DNA from: Nemertoderma westbladi
Taxonomy: Eukaryota > Animalia > Xenacoelomorpha
Reading direction: 5' to 3'
Length of the DNA stretch: 48,690 bases
Assembly: GCA_032718475.1 (NCBI GenBank)
Contig: JAUCBJ010004635.1
Location: forward strand, 1-48,690
Each line of letters opens with the position of its first letter. Position 1 is the stretch's first letter. The notes under the pieces are model-generated. The model was not told the origin of the DNA. It ran no database searches and saw only the letters and a list, made by a program, of their open reading frames with translations. Both the position numbers and the translations under genes were made by a program. Below, piece by piece: positions 12,458 to 24,700 of the stretch.

Positions 12458-13865
12458 CCCTATTAGTACTGTAAAGGTAAATGTTGTACAAATACCGGGG
12501 GGGGGGGGGGGGGGGGGGGTGGTCATATATACCGCCCCCCTCCCTTCTAAAATCGTTAAATTTTAACGAAAACGTCTGATTTTTTTTGTTTGTACGTAGA
12601 TTTCACTAGTCTGAATCCGACCGAAAAAATGTACTGGGGTGGTTATATTGCAGCACCAAAATTACAAGTAGTGAATAATTATCTTAAAATTTGAATGATA
12701 CAATTTTCGGCTAATTGTTTTTCAATACAGGTTTTCTGGGGTGCAAAATCCTTTGGATAATATTTAAAAATAATCTGATTACTATAAATGGCTATTTTAG
12801 TCTTCTACGTAGGCAAAAAATGAAAAAAAATAAAAAGTAACCAGCACTTTTCAGTTTGAACACAAAATTTTTAATTCACTTATACGATGCTATAAACTCA
12901 TATTTTTAGGTTTTCTGGGGCGCTGATTCTAATGGAATACATTTCTAATGTGCCAGATCATTGCTACTCGTATTTTTCGGCTTAATATGGCTAATATTGG
13001 TTCGAGCACCAAATTTCATACCCATCACCAAAAAGTACAAGTTTGAGATGTCCAGTGCTGTTTTTATTGATTCCATCGCATTCAGGGCCATCATAAACCC
13101 GTATAACGCATGATACAATATGATACTATCTATTGATCAATTTGCTTATTTTCCAAAATGTGGTGCTGGCACAACAATTTTCACACTCTGGCGAAAAATA
13201 CAAGTTTGAAAACTCGATATACGATTTTTACTGATTCCATTGAATTCAGAAAACTCACAAACCCGTACAGTATAACGCTTGAAACAAGGTGACACAATCA
13301 ATTGATATATTCGATGGTTTTCAAAATTTGATACTAGCACCAAATTTTGCACACACTTCCGAAAAATACAAGTTTGGTACGCCTTGTGCAACTTGTATAT
13401 TTTCCATCGAAATCAGAACCCCACAAAACCTCTATTTCGCAAAAACAGGTTCAAACAATCAATTTACAAAATTGACATTTTGGTGCTGGCACCAAATTGG
13501 CACCCACCGAAAAATACAAGTTTGAAATTAGTTTGAAAAAAGTTTATTTATTTGAATTCCATCTAATGTAAACACCAAAAAACCGGTGTAAATAAAAAGT
13601 ATAGATGTTACAAATCATATTTCAGGAAATGTAATTTTCAAAAAACGCCTCAAAAAATGTGCCGAAAGTAGGGTTAAAAAATGGTGCTATAACTCGAAAA
13701 CTTCCCAATATTTTTGAAAACCGCTTTCACTATTAGGAAGATAATAGATTTGTAGGAAAAGTCATAAAATTTCAGATTCTCCACTGCGTTCATTTCGGAG
13801 TTATAATAAACAAACCACGGGGGGTAATATTAACCCCCCCCCCCCCCCCCTCGGGTTTAATAGGG
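12458..13865. mobile_element. Non-autonomous piggyBac-type DNA transposon (MITE-like, 1.4 kb)
   Basis: TTAA at 12454-12457 and 13866-13869; termini CCCTATTA...TAATAGGG; subterminal poly-G and poly-C; internal ~160-bp subrepeats; no transposase. Confidence 0.85.
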
Positions 13866-14240
13866 TTAAGGAGTGCCCCTGCACATTTTACATAACAAAG
13901 AATTCCCGACGTTTCCGACGTTTGAGAAATTCGCGACCTTTGCGAAATTCGCGAAGAATCCACCAGTTTCTGTGCCCTACTCATACAGTACCGTACATAC
14001 AATTAATCCATTTTATCAAAACTACCCACATAAAAAACAACTAAAACAAAATCATTCGCGGTATTTGGCACTGACTACATAATTGCCACCATAAACCGAT
14101 ACATGCAACTCACTCGGTATAATAATAGACAACAACATCTATACCTATAGCCTATGTTAGTATCATATTGTTTTATACCGTAGCAATATGTGAAGGTCAA
14201 AAAAGTGTATTAGTGTAGGTTCTAGGCATATGTAGACGTC

Positions 14241-14811
14241 TGTAAGCGGATTCAATTCCGTTTATTACCCACCGAAAATGGGATTAGTGGCATTTTACCA
14301 ATATAGTTGGCGATGTGAGATTCAAAAAAAAAAAAAAAGAGAGAGGTGAGTGGTCAAACCACCTCAGAGGGAGAAACAAGCTAGTGAGCCTAGCACAAGG
14401 GATAACGGGAACAGGGAGTGGCGAGGTGACAATTAATCAGGTTAAGCCAATAGTGGGCGGGAAAGCACATTGGGGGTGAATAGAGCGCATCTATTGGATA
14501 TTAAGGCCGCCCTGTAGTGTAGGACTAATGTAATATTATGTGTCAATGATATAACCGTTATGATTACTGATTACTAATTTAGTTGGTTCTCCTTATAGTT
14601 GTTGAACCGGAATAGTTTTGACCGTCGTCACTAACTGCTGTATTGTATGCTGTTATATTCAGTCTGTGCTATTATCGATTACTGCCATTACTGCATTATT
14701 AACATTTAGTTATTCAGTAACTCAGTTATTTTGAACGGCCTTCGGCCCATAGATAAAAGGCGACAGCTCAGCAGCTCACGGACGTGGCGACGCGTACAAC
14801 TAACATACCGG
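14241..14811 (+). repeat. 5' LTR of X, first part (remainder at 26136-26174)
   Basis: Start homologous to the LTR of element A; about 3% diverged from the fragment at 45064-45562. Confidence 0.8.
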
Positions 14812-15342
14812 TGTGACGGGATCTACGGATCCCGGTTTATCCGTTGGGTTTTCTATCCACGCGTCCCCGCCGTGTGTGAAAGGTAAAAGAGTTCTGATGT
14901 TCGGTAATATGTATAAAGGTATAATAGTCTGATATAGCACAGTATAGTATGACACGGTTACCGGTAGATAAGTATGATGGCGGTAGCGGACGGTAATAGA
15001 TGTTGCCGCTCCACCCTAACTGATCTGACTAACTGATAACTGAGATAACTGATGCAGTCAACTGGTAATATATATTGCACGGTTTGGCCGTATTACATTA
15101 CCTAGCCGATGCCTTCCCCCCATTGGCTAATATCCCTGTTGGCACCCTTTGGAGTGTTTCCCTTCACTCCTTGTGTTTTCTCTCGGTTAGGGGTTTGGCC
15201 CCTGACCCTCGTTGTGTGTTTCTCCTTCCCACTTTATTGGGGTGACACGAGGTTGGGTAATCAACCTCGTGCTCCCAATATTGCTTTACGGTTTAATGGC
15301 TCACTTTATGGGGTTTGGTGAGGCGGAATTGATTCGCTAACA
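14812..15342 (-). repeat. Complete 3' LTR of A (531 bp), with polypurine tract at 15343-15351
   Basis: Minus strand reads GGGGGGGAG-TGTTAGCG...CCCGTCACA. Confidence 0.9.
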
Positions 15343-15929
15343 CTCCCCCCCATGCTATCTTCCCGGTGAGAAGATGGCATCAACCACTAAGTGCGCTTCA
15401 ATTCCGCTGGAACTCGATCTATTATCGGGTGTGGGGTGGAGTTATTTTCTTGGAGTCGGCTTTCCAGGCCGCTCCCTATGGGTATGATCTCACTACCCTC
15501 TGGCGTCTCGTGTCGGGCCGATCGTGCGCTTCTCTCACACAATTTTTGTTTCCCCGACACTCTCACCACTCTCATCCTAACTCTGTCTAACTCCCAACTC
15601 GCTCTTACTCTCTCCCCACACCTGAATCGCACTCTTCTCTCTCGCCAACGGCTCCTCTCACTATCTCCTCTCTACTCCCTGCCACTCTTTAAGGCCCTGA
15701 CCTCTAATGCTACCCCTGTGCTATCATACTATCTACCTTATCTAACTTACTAACTCTAACTATCTAACTCTACTAACTACTAACTCTACTCTCTGCTAAC
15801 TCTTACTACTTTTAGCTCTAACTAAAAGCCTCTAACTTTCTACTAACTCTAACTAGAACTCTCTAACTTTCTGCTAAGTCTACTAACTCTTTTCTAACTC
15901 TGACTAAAATCCTCCAACTAACTCTATCT

Positions 15930-16620
15930 CTATCTACGTGGCGCTAACGGTGCCCACAACCACAACCGGTACTACGTACCCTCTTACTAACTCTTTTCTC
16001 CATCTACGTGGCGCTAACGGTGCCCACAACCACTCTACTACTACTTTAACTAAAAACCCTCTATCTACGTGGCGCTTGTGGTGCCCACAACCACTCTACT
16101 ATCTACCCTCTACTACTCTACTACCTGGCACCCTATGTGCCCTCTCTACTACTCTACTCTCTGGCACCCTATGTGCCCTCTCTACTACCTCTATCTACGT
16201 GGCGCTTGCGGTGCCCACAACCACTCTACTACTAACTCTAACTAAAACCCTCTATCTACGTGGCGCTTGCGGTGCCCACAACCACTCTCTGCTACTACTT
16301 TCTACGTGGCGCTTCCGGTGCCCACAACCACTCTCTCCTACTACTTTCTACGTGGCGCTTCCGGTGCCCACAACCACTCTCTTGCTACTTTCTACGTGGC
16401 GCTTCCGGTGCCCACAACCACTCTCTTGCTACTTTCTACGTGGCGCTTCCGGTGCCCACAACCTCTCTACCACCGCTACTTTCTACGTGGCGCTTCCGGT
16501 GCCCACGACCTCCCTACTACTACTCGTGGCATGACAATATGCCACACTCCCTTACCCCGCCGCCTTCTAACCTACTCTCCTTCTACGTGGCGCTTACGGT
16601 GCCCACAACCCCACTACTAC
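15930..16620. repeat. Array of about 11 copies of a ~30-bp motif CTACGTGGCGCTTCCGGTGCCCACAACC with CT-rich spacers, inside A
   Basis: Direct reading; motif is hairpin-capable. Confidence 0.9.
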
Positions 16621-16836
16621 TACTCGTGGCATGACAATATGCCACACTCCCTTGCCCCGCCGCCTTCTAACTCTACTCTCCTATCTTCTAACTACTTCTT
16701 ACTTCTACTAACTATTATTTTTAATTATTTAATTATTTATTAATATTTATTTAAATTAAATAATTATTTTTGTGGGAAGGGCGTCTCGCCCTCATTCCCA
16801 CCCCCCTCAGTCCAAAATATTGGACGACTAAACCTC

Positions 16837-19545
16837 TTAACTAGGGCGATTCTTCCAACAGGCACTCTCCCACTGCTGCTCTTGTAGGTCCTGTAGGATT
16901 CGCCGCACTCTCTTCGCCAATTCCATCTCACCAGGAATTGGTTCTCCCTCTTCTGCCACCCTGAAATCGAGTCTCTCCGCCGCCTTCTTAACTAGCTCAT
17001 CTCCTGGCATCAAAATGCCACCTCCCTCCTTGTTGTCTCCCGCCGGCAGAATGAATAGAAAGTGAAAGAACAGGCAGAACAGAAGGTAGAATAATAGTCC
17101 TATCCCTTTCCATCCTGCCTTCCTTCTCGACTTCCCCCTTGTCGGTATGCCTCCAAACCGGACCTGCGCCTCTTCCGGACACTCCTCTGGACACTCCCCC
17201 GGAGTGTTGTCCTCCGGACACCTTGCCGTCCGCTCCGCTCCATCTCCATACCGATGCTTGTTGGGAAACCTACTCTCCTCTGCCCACTTTCTTACTGTCA
17301 CCTCCCTATCTGGCTCTACTACCTCTTGTTTCTCCTCTACTTCCTCTGCGTCTTCGGTGCCTGGTATCATGCACCCAGATGTCTCCGTCACACTGCATGG
17401 GATGTTAGTTTTAACTGGGCCGCTAAGCGTCCATCCGAACGGCGTGAGGATAGCCGTCGGGTTCCGCTGCCTGTCTTCGCCGAAGACCGTCTTCATTCTC
17501 TCATGGGCCGTCGGGCAGTCCATTCCTACTATAATGGACACCTTCCTAACGTCCACCTTTGGTATTGAGAAATCGATACCCTCCAGGAATCTATACTGCT
17601 CGACCTCAATGTTGGTTGGTCGCCTGGCGTTGATGTTTATCGATTCGATGATGTGGATGGGGTCGATCGTCGCCCCATAGTCGCATCCCGGTGCAATCGC
17701 TGCTATCCTGCACCGCCCCGTCCTCGTCTCCAGGACCTCATCTTTACTCGAGACGGTAGTTACCGCCATTCTGTTCGGCCTCGTCTTTAGCCCTATCTCT
17801 TCGGCCACCCAGTTCTCCACCAGCGTGCAGGCTGCTCCGCTGTCGACCAGCATTAATGTCGTTACTGATCGACCGCCCTCTCCTGATATCTTCACTGGTA
17901 CTACCCCGAGTAGTACTTTTCTCTTCTTCTCCTCTTCTATAGTGCTTCTAGCTGCTGTTTGGCCTCCAGTCTCCTCCTCTCTTGCTGCTGTTTCTCTACA
18001 CTCTCCGGACCTGTGTCCTTCTACCACACATCGATGACATAGTCCGTTCGCGTCTGTGTAGGCTACACGATCTTGTTTGGGCAACGCTTGCCAGTGCTTA
18101 CAACTCCTGGTCTTATGTGTTCCGTCCCGATGTAATTGACATTCGAATCCTGGATTATAGCGTTCCCTGTATAGTCCTTCACGTATCGCGCGTAGGTTTA
18201 TATGTACCGATTTAGTGTTTTGGTTGTCTGCACTCGGCCTACTGGGTATATTGGGATTATGTTTATTTATGGTGTTATTTTCTTTCTGTCCCTGCCACGG
18301 TGTGGCCCTGCTACCAGCTAACTGTGGACTAGCAGTCCCCTGTGTGGCCGCATGTGGTAGTGATTGTCCTACTCTCGGGAATGGATCTGCAGGATCGTGT
18401 TCGGGTTTATGGCTTGTCCCCAAACTATCCTCGCTATAGACTGGGTCTGTTATTAATTCGGCTTCATAGTTGAGGAAGCTCGACATCTCTTCTAAGCCCG
18501 GTTCCGCACCCTTCTTCTCCCGTGTGGAGAAGGCTATCTTCCTCCACTTCCTTCGTAACCAGACCGGCAGTGCTTGCGCTATCGTGGTGATGTTGTTAGA
18601 CGCGTTGAGTTCGTATGGTGCGTCTAGCGTCTTTAACACGATTAACGCCTTCTCGACCTTGTTTGCAAAGGTCCTTATGCTAACGGGATTGTCCTGTAGG
18701 CCATCCGATGTTATGCCTCTCAGGGTTTGCCGGATGATCTTGGCCGGGTGCCCGTATTCCCTATCTAGCGCCCGCCATGCTGTCGTGAAGCCGCCCTCGA
18801 TGCCCTGGTATTGCCTCACGATGTCGTATGCTGGGCCTCCTGTATATACTTGCAGATATTTTAGGCACTCCGCCTGCGTCAAGTTCTTACTTAATATTTT
18901 GTTACTATACATGCGCCGAAACTGTAGATATTCTTCCGGCCTACTCCCATCGAATTTAAATGGTTCCACAGGTGGTAACTCGATCCTAGTTTTTAACACA
19001 TAAATCAATGTGGCCATTCCCATCGCTTGCGCTTCTAATGGGTTCGATGGATGTTGTATAGTTTCTCCTGTTGGGTGCGGTCCGTCCGTCCTATCTGTTG
19101 TTGTCCTTTGCGTCGGATATATCATTGGGGGTAACGGCCCCCTCCATATTTCCGTGTCGCATGATCTGTTCTCGTCCAAGGGGTTCGATGTTCTCGCTCC
19201 TATTGGGGTATATTGTTGATATTGTGATGGGGGAATGTCACCCTGTCCCCCTCCCACCGGTATGTTTGGTACTGGGGTTGATGTTAATATATTGGGGCCC
19301 ATACATCTATCTGCAATAATTCCCCCCTCCCCTGGATATATGTTGTGTCCCTGGAAAGTATAGTCATGCTGCTGTACCGGTACCAATATAGGCCTATTCA
19401 CTTCTTGCCTACCTACCGGTATGTACTCCGCGACTTCCGGGTTTAATCCCGTCGTCCGCGCTACCCTATCGCCTACTCTATCTCTCCCAGCATGGCCTAT
19501 AATAGTATGTGCAGTAAGGCCTACAGTATGTCCTGCAGTCTGCAT
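16837..19545 (-). CDS. BEL/Pao Gag core, zinc-knuckle region and aspartic protease of A (902 aa open), no RT, RNase H or integrase
   Basis: FDGSRPEEY...LDREYGHP (Pao Gag core); CQLH..H...C and CHRC....H....C; LVDSGA protease motif; TPFGWTLSGP. Confidence 0.85.
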   Translation of the reverse strand: MQTAGHTVGLTAHTIIGHAGRDRVGDRVARTTGLNPEVAEYIPVGRQEVNRPILVPVQQHDYTFQGHNIYPGEGGIIADRCMGPNILTSTPVPNIPVGGGQGDIPPSQYQQYTPIGARTSNPLDENRSCDTEIWRGPLPPMIYPTQRTTTDRTDGPHPTGETIQHPSNPLEAQAMGMATLIYVLKTRIELPPVEPFKFDGSRPEEYLQFRRMYSNKILSKNLTQAECLKYLQVYTGGPAYDIVRQYQGIEGGFTTAWRALDREYGHPAKIIRQTLRGITSDGLQDNPVSIRTFANKVEKALIVLKTLDAPYELNASNNITTIAQALPVWLRRKWRKIAFSTREKKGAEPGLEEMSSFLNYEAELITDPVYSEDSLGTSHKPEHDPADPFPRVGQSLPHAATQGTASPQLAGSRATPWQGQKENNTINKHNPNIPSRPSADNQNTKSVHINLRAIREGLYRERYNPGFECQLHRDGTHKTRSCKHWQALPKQDRVAYTDANGLCHRCVVEGHRSGECRETAAREEETGGQTAARSTIEEEKKRKVLLGVVPVKISGEGGRSVTTLMLVDSGAACTLVENWVAEEIGLKTRPNRMAVTTVSSKDEVLETRTGRCRIAAIAPGCDYGATIDPIHIIESININARRPTNIEVEQYRFLEGIDFSIPKVDVRKVSIIVGMDCPTAHERMKTVFGEDRQRNPTAILTPFGWTLSGPVKTNIPCSVTETSGCMIPGTEDAEEVEEKQEVVEPDREVTVRKWAEESRFPNKHRYGDGAERTARCPEDNTPGECPEECPEEAQVRFGGIPTRGKSRRKAGWKGIGLLFYLLFCLFFHFLFILPAGDNKEGGGILMPGDELVKKAAERLDFRVAEEGEPIPGEMELAKRVRRILQDLQEQQWESACWKNRPS

Positions 19546-21730
19546 GTGCCCTTCCGAATCGAAGTTTATTCTTCTCGAATCTCGAATCTCCCCGCGACTA
19601 CCGTACTCTCGATCGGCAGCTATATCCCGTCGGGAAGCTTCTCTTCGATCCCCTATCCTGCTCTCGTCTTCGTATCGGTACGTCCTGTACCCCTCTCTTG
19701 GTGTGCGGTGCGTTTCTCCGGGGCGACGGCAATCTCCCGAAGTTCAACCCCACTGGCTCCCTAACTCCATCTCTTCTATCGACGGCTCGCTATCCGTCCT
19801 CGCTCTCCGGTCGCTCCTAGCAACGACTCTCCTATTATCTTCACTTCGTCTCTCTTCGACCCCTCGGTTCAACTCTACTAATCTTCTTCTATCTTCGACC
19901 TCTATATTAAACTCTACTAATCTTCTCTCTTCTGACTGGGCTCGACGTTCCGTCGCCCGCCCTCTCGCGACGTCAACCTGTCTCTCTCTGCTCGATCGCA
20001 CGCCGCTGGGGATACTCGCAATCCCCCTATTACTCTCCGTCGCCGGGTGTTGCGGTTTACCTAATTCGGCCCGCGCATTATCCGCCGACGCCTGTGGGAC
20101 ACTCCCTGCCCCCCTCTCTCGCTACTAATCCCTCGCGGTGGGGTGCCCGTAGCCCCCCCCCCCACCCGCTACTTCTAACTTCACTATCTCTTACTACACT
20201 TCTGCGTCCCTCTTGTCGGACACTCTCTACCCCCTTTCTCTCGCCACTAATCTTCTGTGGTGGGGCGCCCGTAGCCCCCCCCCCCACTCGCCACATCTAA
20301 CTTCACTATCTCTTACTTCGTCTCTACACCCCTCTCTAGTCGACACACTGTCTCTACTGCGGCCGGGTCTATTCACCCCCGCCTCTCTCTCTACTACTGC
20401 GTGGCCTACCAGGCCCACCTCGGGTTGGCTCAACCGCGCCACTTCCTGCCTACTAACTACGTGGCCTACCAGGCCGCCGTCTGCCGGGCTATACACGTCT
20501 GACGCGTTCACATTAATAGCACCATTCCCAATATTATTTGTTAATTTAATTAAATTATTAGAACCATTAGAATTTGAAACGGGATTATTATTTAAATTAT
20601 TTTGTGTATTTAGATTTAAACTATTTGAATTATTTTGATTATTCTGAATATTTGAATTAATATTATTATTTGAATTTAAACTTAAATTACTACTACCGGG
20701 TAAAATATTTCCTGTAATAAAGGGATTAGGGTTATTTACTACGGTACTATTAATACCAATATTTCCTAACGCACTACTACTACCCCCCTCACCCGTACGG
20801 TTACTGTACGTGTACCGCACGCTCTGTTCTCTTGCCTCACGCTCTTCGCGTTCACTCTCTTGCTCTTTCCTTCCCCTCAGTCGCCACTCTAATTCTTCCA
20901 TTTTTAATTTATATGCCATGCGTTCACTCTCTCGCACCCGTCTTTCTTTTGCGGAGGATGTAGCAGACTTATCGGTTGCGACGGACTTCCGCCGCCCCTC
21001 CGTCCTACTAACTTTCCCCCTCTTTCCGGGGTTCTCGCTGACCGACGAGACCGAATCCTCGGAGCTAACCTCGGATTCGCCCTCGTGCGGTCCCGCCCAA
21101 CCCACTAACTTAACTTCCCTGGCATCGACTAAGTATGCCTATGTACACTACACCAGGCCCCATACCCCTACGTTCCCATAGCCCAAACAGTTCGAAGGCA
21201 ACCCCTCTTGCTCTATCCTCGGCCAGTTCTCCCTGCCCAGAACGCACTAGGTAATCAAAGTATCTGTTCGACTCACCTAGTCGTCTCCTCAACTTCACCT
21301 GGTCTATCTCAGCCCCTCCTCTAGCTTCCTTCAGTTGTTCCCGGGTCGCGGCGTAGGCTCGTCGGAGCCGGACGACCCCGACGTCCTCGTCGTCGACATC
21401 TCCTCTCTCCCTCCGGGTTCGGCGTCGTACCGTCGGCTCCACCGTTGCCGTTCCGGTGGGCCGTCCGTCGCCCTCGGTCTGTGGCTGGCCGGCGACATCG
21501 GCATATCGACCGCCGCCCTGTGTCGACTCGTCTCTCTCCTCCCCCGTCTCGCTCTCTCCTCTACTCGACTCGCTCTCTCGCTGTAGACAGCCCCCCTCGT
21601 CTCGGATCGCCGGGTCGCTCGTTGTCGACGTGTCCGGCGTCGTGGGTCGGTGCCGTCTCGTCGCGGCCTCGCGGATCGTTAGATCGTCGTCCGGGGTCCG
21701 CGGCGGTGTCGCTTCTTCTTCTCGACTCAT
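19546..21730 (-). pseudogene. Frameshifted long N-terminal Gag extension of A (Arg/Glu-rich, with an Asn-rich tract)
   Basis: ORF pieces 21110-21730, 20227-21105 and 19744-20001 are collinear with the copy at 22032-24986. Confidence 0.75.
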
Positions 21731-21788
21731 GTTCGTCCTCTGTCTGTGTCTGGCAGTTACAGTTCGGCAGGCCTAGAGTTAGGACTGT

Positions 21789-24700
21789 CACCGCCGTCAC
21801 CCATAGTATATTACAGTATTACCATATTCAGTCATTAGTGCTATCTGTTATTATATCTATCTCATATTATTAGCAATACTGGAACAACAAACTTATCACC
21901 TTTTCCATCACACGGTGCGGCTGACGCGTACGTAACCAACACCGGATAAACCGGGATCCTCTCGGATCCCGTCACAGTCCTAACTCTAGGCCTGCCGAAC
22001 TGTAACTGCCAGACACAGACCAAAGACGGAGATGAGTCGAGAGATAGGAACGACACCGCCGCGGACCCCGGGCGACGATCTAACGATCCGCGAGGCCACG
22101 GCGAGACGATACGAACCCACGACGCCGGTCGATGCTACGCCGACCACGTCGACGCACGTTGACGCCACGTCGATAACGAGCGACCCGGCGAACCAAGATG
22201 TGGGGGGTCGTCTACAAAGAGAGGACGAGTCGGGAGTCGAAAGGGAGAAAGACGAGTCGACGCGGAGTGAGGGTCGACGTACCGATGTCGCCGGCCAGCC
22301 ACAGGCCGAGGACAATGAACGGTCCACCGGAACGGCGACGGTGGGGCCGCCAGTACAACGCCGGACCCGGAGAGATGAGGGAGATGTCGGTACCGATGTC
22401 GCCGGCCAGCCACAGGCCGAGGACGACGAACGGTCCACCGGAGGGGCGACGGTGGGGCCGACGGTACGACGCCGGACACGGAAGGATAGAGGAGATGTCG
22501 GCAACGAGGACGTCGGAGTCGGCGACCGGCTCCGACGAGCCTACCTCGCGACCCGAGAGCGACTGAGAGAGGCCAAAGGAGGGGCGAAGATAGACGAGGT
22601 GAGACTGAGGAAACGACTAGGTGAGTCGAATAGACACTTTGATTACCTAATGCGTTTTGGGCAGAGAGAACTAGCCGAGGAGAGGGCGAGGGGAGTTGTC
22701 AACGAACTGATTGAACTATGGGAGTGTAGGGGTATGCAGCCTAGTGTAGTGTACATAGGGCCATACTTAGTCGATGCCCGGGGAGTAAAATTAGTGGGTT
22801 GGAAGAGACCTGAGGAGGGCGAATCCGAGGTTAACTCCGAGGATTCGGTCTCGTCGGTTGGAGGAAGTTCCGGGAGGCGGGGGAAAGTTAGTAGGACGGA
22901 GGGGCGGCGGGAGTCCGTCGCAACCGATAAGTCTGCTACATCCTCCGTAAAAGAAAGAAGGGTGCGGGAGATGAATCTGGAGTGTAGATTGGAAATGGTG
23001 GCGAATGAGCAGGATGGGTTAGAGAGACAATTGAGAGAGGAAACCGCATTCTCAGAGGAGTTAGGAGAGTCGGAAAGGGAGTATAGAGAGAAAGCCGAGG
23101 AGTTTAGAGAGAGAGCCAAGGAGTGTAGAGAGCGAGAGATGGGAGTAGAGAACGAGCCGGCGAGGCGGCTTGAGATGGTTGCGAGAGTGGCAGAGTCGGC
23201 CGAGCAGGATATGCGACAGAGAGGGATAGAGTGTAAGCGCAGGCGGGATGATTTGCATGCCCTACTAAGGGGGATTATGCAACATCAAGCCAAACTGAAT
23301 CAGCGCCGACTAGAACTGGCGCGGTTGGAACTGTCAGAGAGTGAGCCCCCACTTACAGGCACCGGGCGAGAGAACCAGAACTGGTGTAGCCGTACGGGTG
23401 GGGGGGGGGGGGGGTAGTAGTAGTACGTTAGAAGCAGTTAATATTAATAGTACCGTAGTAGATAACCCTAATCCCTTTATTGCAGCAAATAATATTTTAC
23501 CGGGTAGTAGTAATTTAAATTTAAATACAAATACTCTAAATAATAATTTCAATTCAGAACCCGCAAAATAATTCGAATAATAATTTAAGTTTAGAGAATA
23601 GTAGTGATCTAAGTAATTTAAATAATTTAAATAATAATCCCGTTTCAAATTCTAATAATTTAATTGATTTAACAAATAATATTGGGAATGGTGCTATTAA
23701 TATGAGCGTGTCGGACGTACATAACCCGGCAGACGGTGGCCTGGTAGGCCACGTAGTTAGTAGGCAGGAAGTGGCAGGGTTGAGCCAACCCGACGGCGGC
23801 CTGGTAGGCCACGTAGTTGGTAGGCAGGAGGTAGCGGGGTTGAGCCAACCCAAGGTGGGCCTGATGGGCCACGCAGTAGTAGAGAGAGAGGCGGGGGTGA
23901 ATAGACCCAGCCGTAGTAGAGACAGTGCGTCGACTAGAGAGGGGTGTAGAGACGAAGTAAGAGATAGTGAAGTTAGATGTGGCGGGTGGGGGGGGGGGGG
24001 GCTACCGGCGCCCCACCACATAAGACTAGTGGCGAGAGAGGGGGGGCAGAGAATGCCCCACAAGAGGGGACGCAGAAGTGTAGTAAGAGATAGTGAAGTT
24101 AGAAGTGGCGGGTGGGGGGGGGGGGGGGGCTACGGACACCCCACCGCGAGAAGTTAGTAGAGAGAGAGGGGGGGCAGAGAGTGTCCCACAGCCGTCAGCG
24201 GATAATGCGCGGGCCGAATCAGGTAAACCGCAACACCCGGCGACGGAGAGTAATAGGGGGATTGCGAGTATCCCCAGCGGCGTGCGATCGAGCAGAGAGA
24301 GGCAGGTTGACGTCGCGAGAGGGCAGACGAAGCGTCGAGCCCGATCAGAAGAGGAGAAGAAGAACAGTGGAGTTTAACCGGGAGGTCGACGAGAGATCTC
24401 ACGAGCCGGAATACTGCACGAAAAGGGGAAGAAGAGAAGATAGTAGAGAAGTGTCGCCACGAACGATAGCAGTGTGAGGACAGATAGCGGACCGTCGATA
24501 GTAGAGATGGAGTTAGGGAGTCAGTGGGGTCGAACTTCGGGAGATTGCCGTCGCCCCGGAGAAACGCACCGCACGCCAAGAGAGGGGTACAGGACGTACC
24601 AATACAAAGTCGAGAACAGGAGAGGGGATCGAAGGGAAACTTCCCGACGTGATATAGCTGCCGATCGAGAGTGCGGTAGTCGCGGGGAGATTCGAGATTC

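Noticed and set aside
13900-13960. 9-bp repeat cluster (TTCCGACGT, TTCGCGA) as a transposon end
   Set aside because: No partner end or TSD found; too short to call.
14314-14322. TGTGAGATT as the start of the X LTR
   Set aside because: Similarity to the 45064 copy extends upstream, and homology with the A LTR start places the true start at 14241.
15930-16620. CRISPR array
   Set aside because: Eukaryotic context, no cas genes, spacers are low-complexity and related to each other, and the array lies inside an LTR element.
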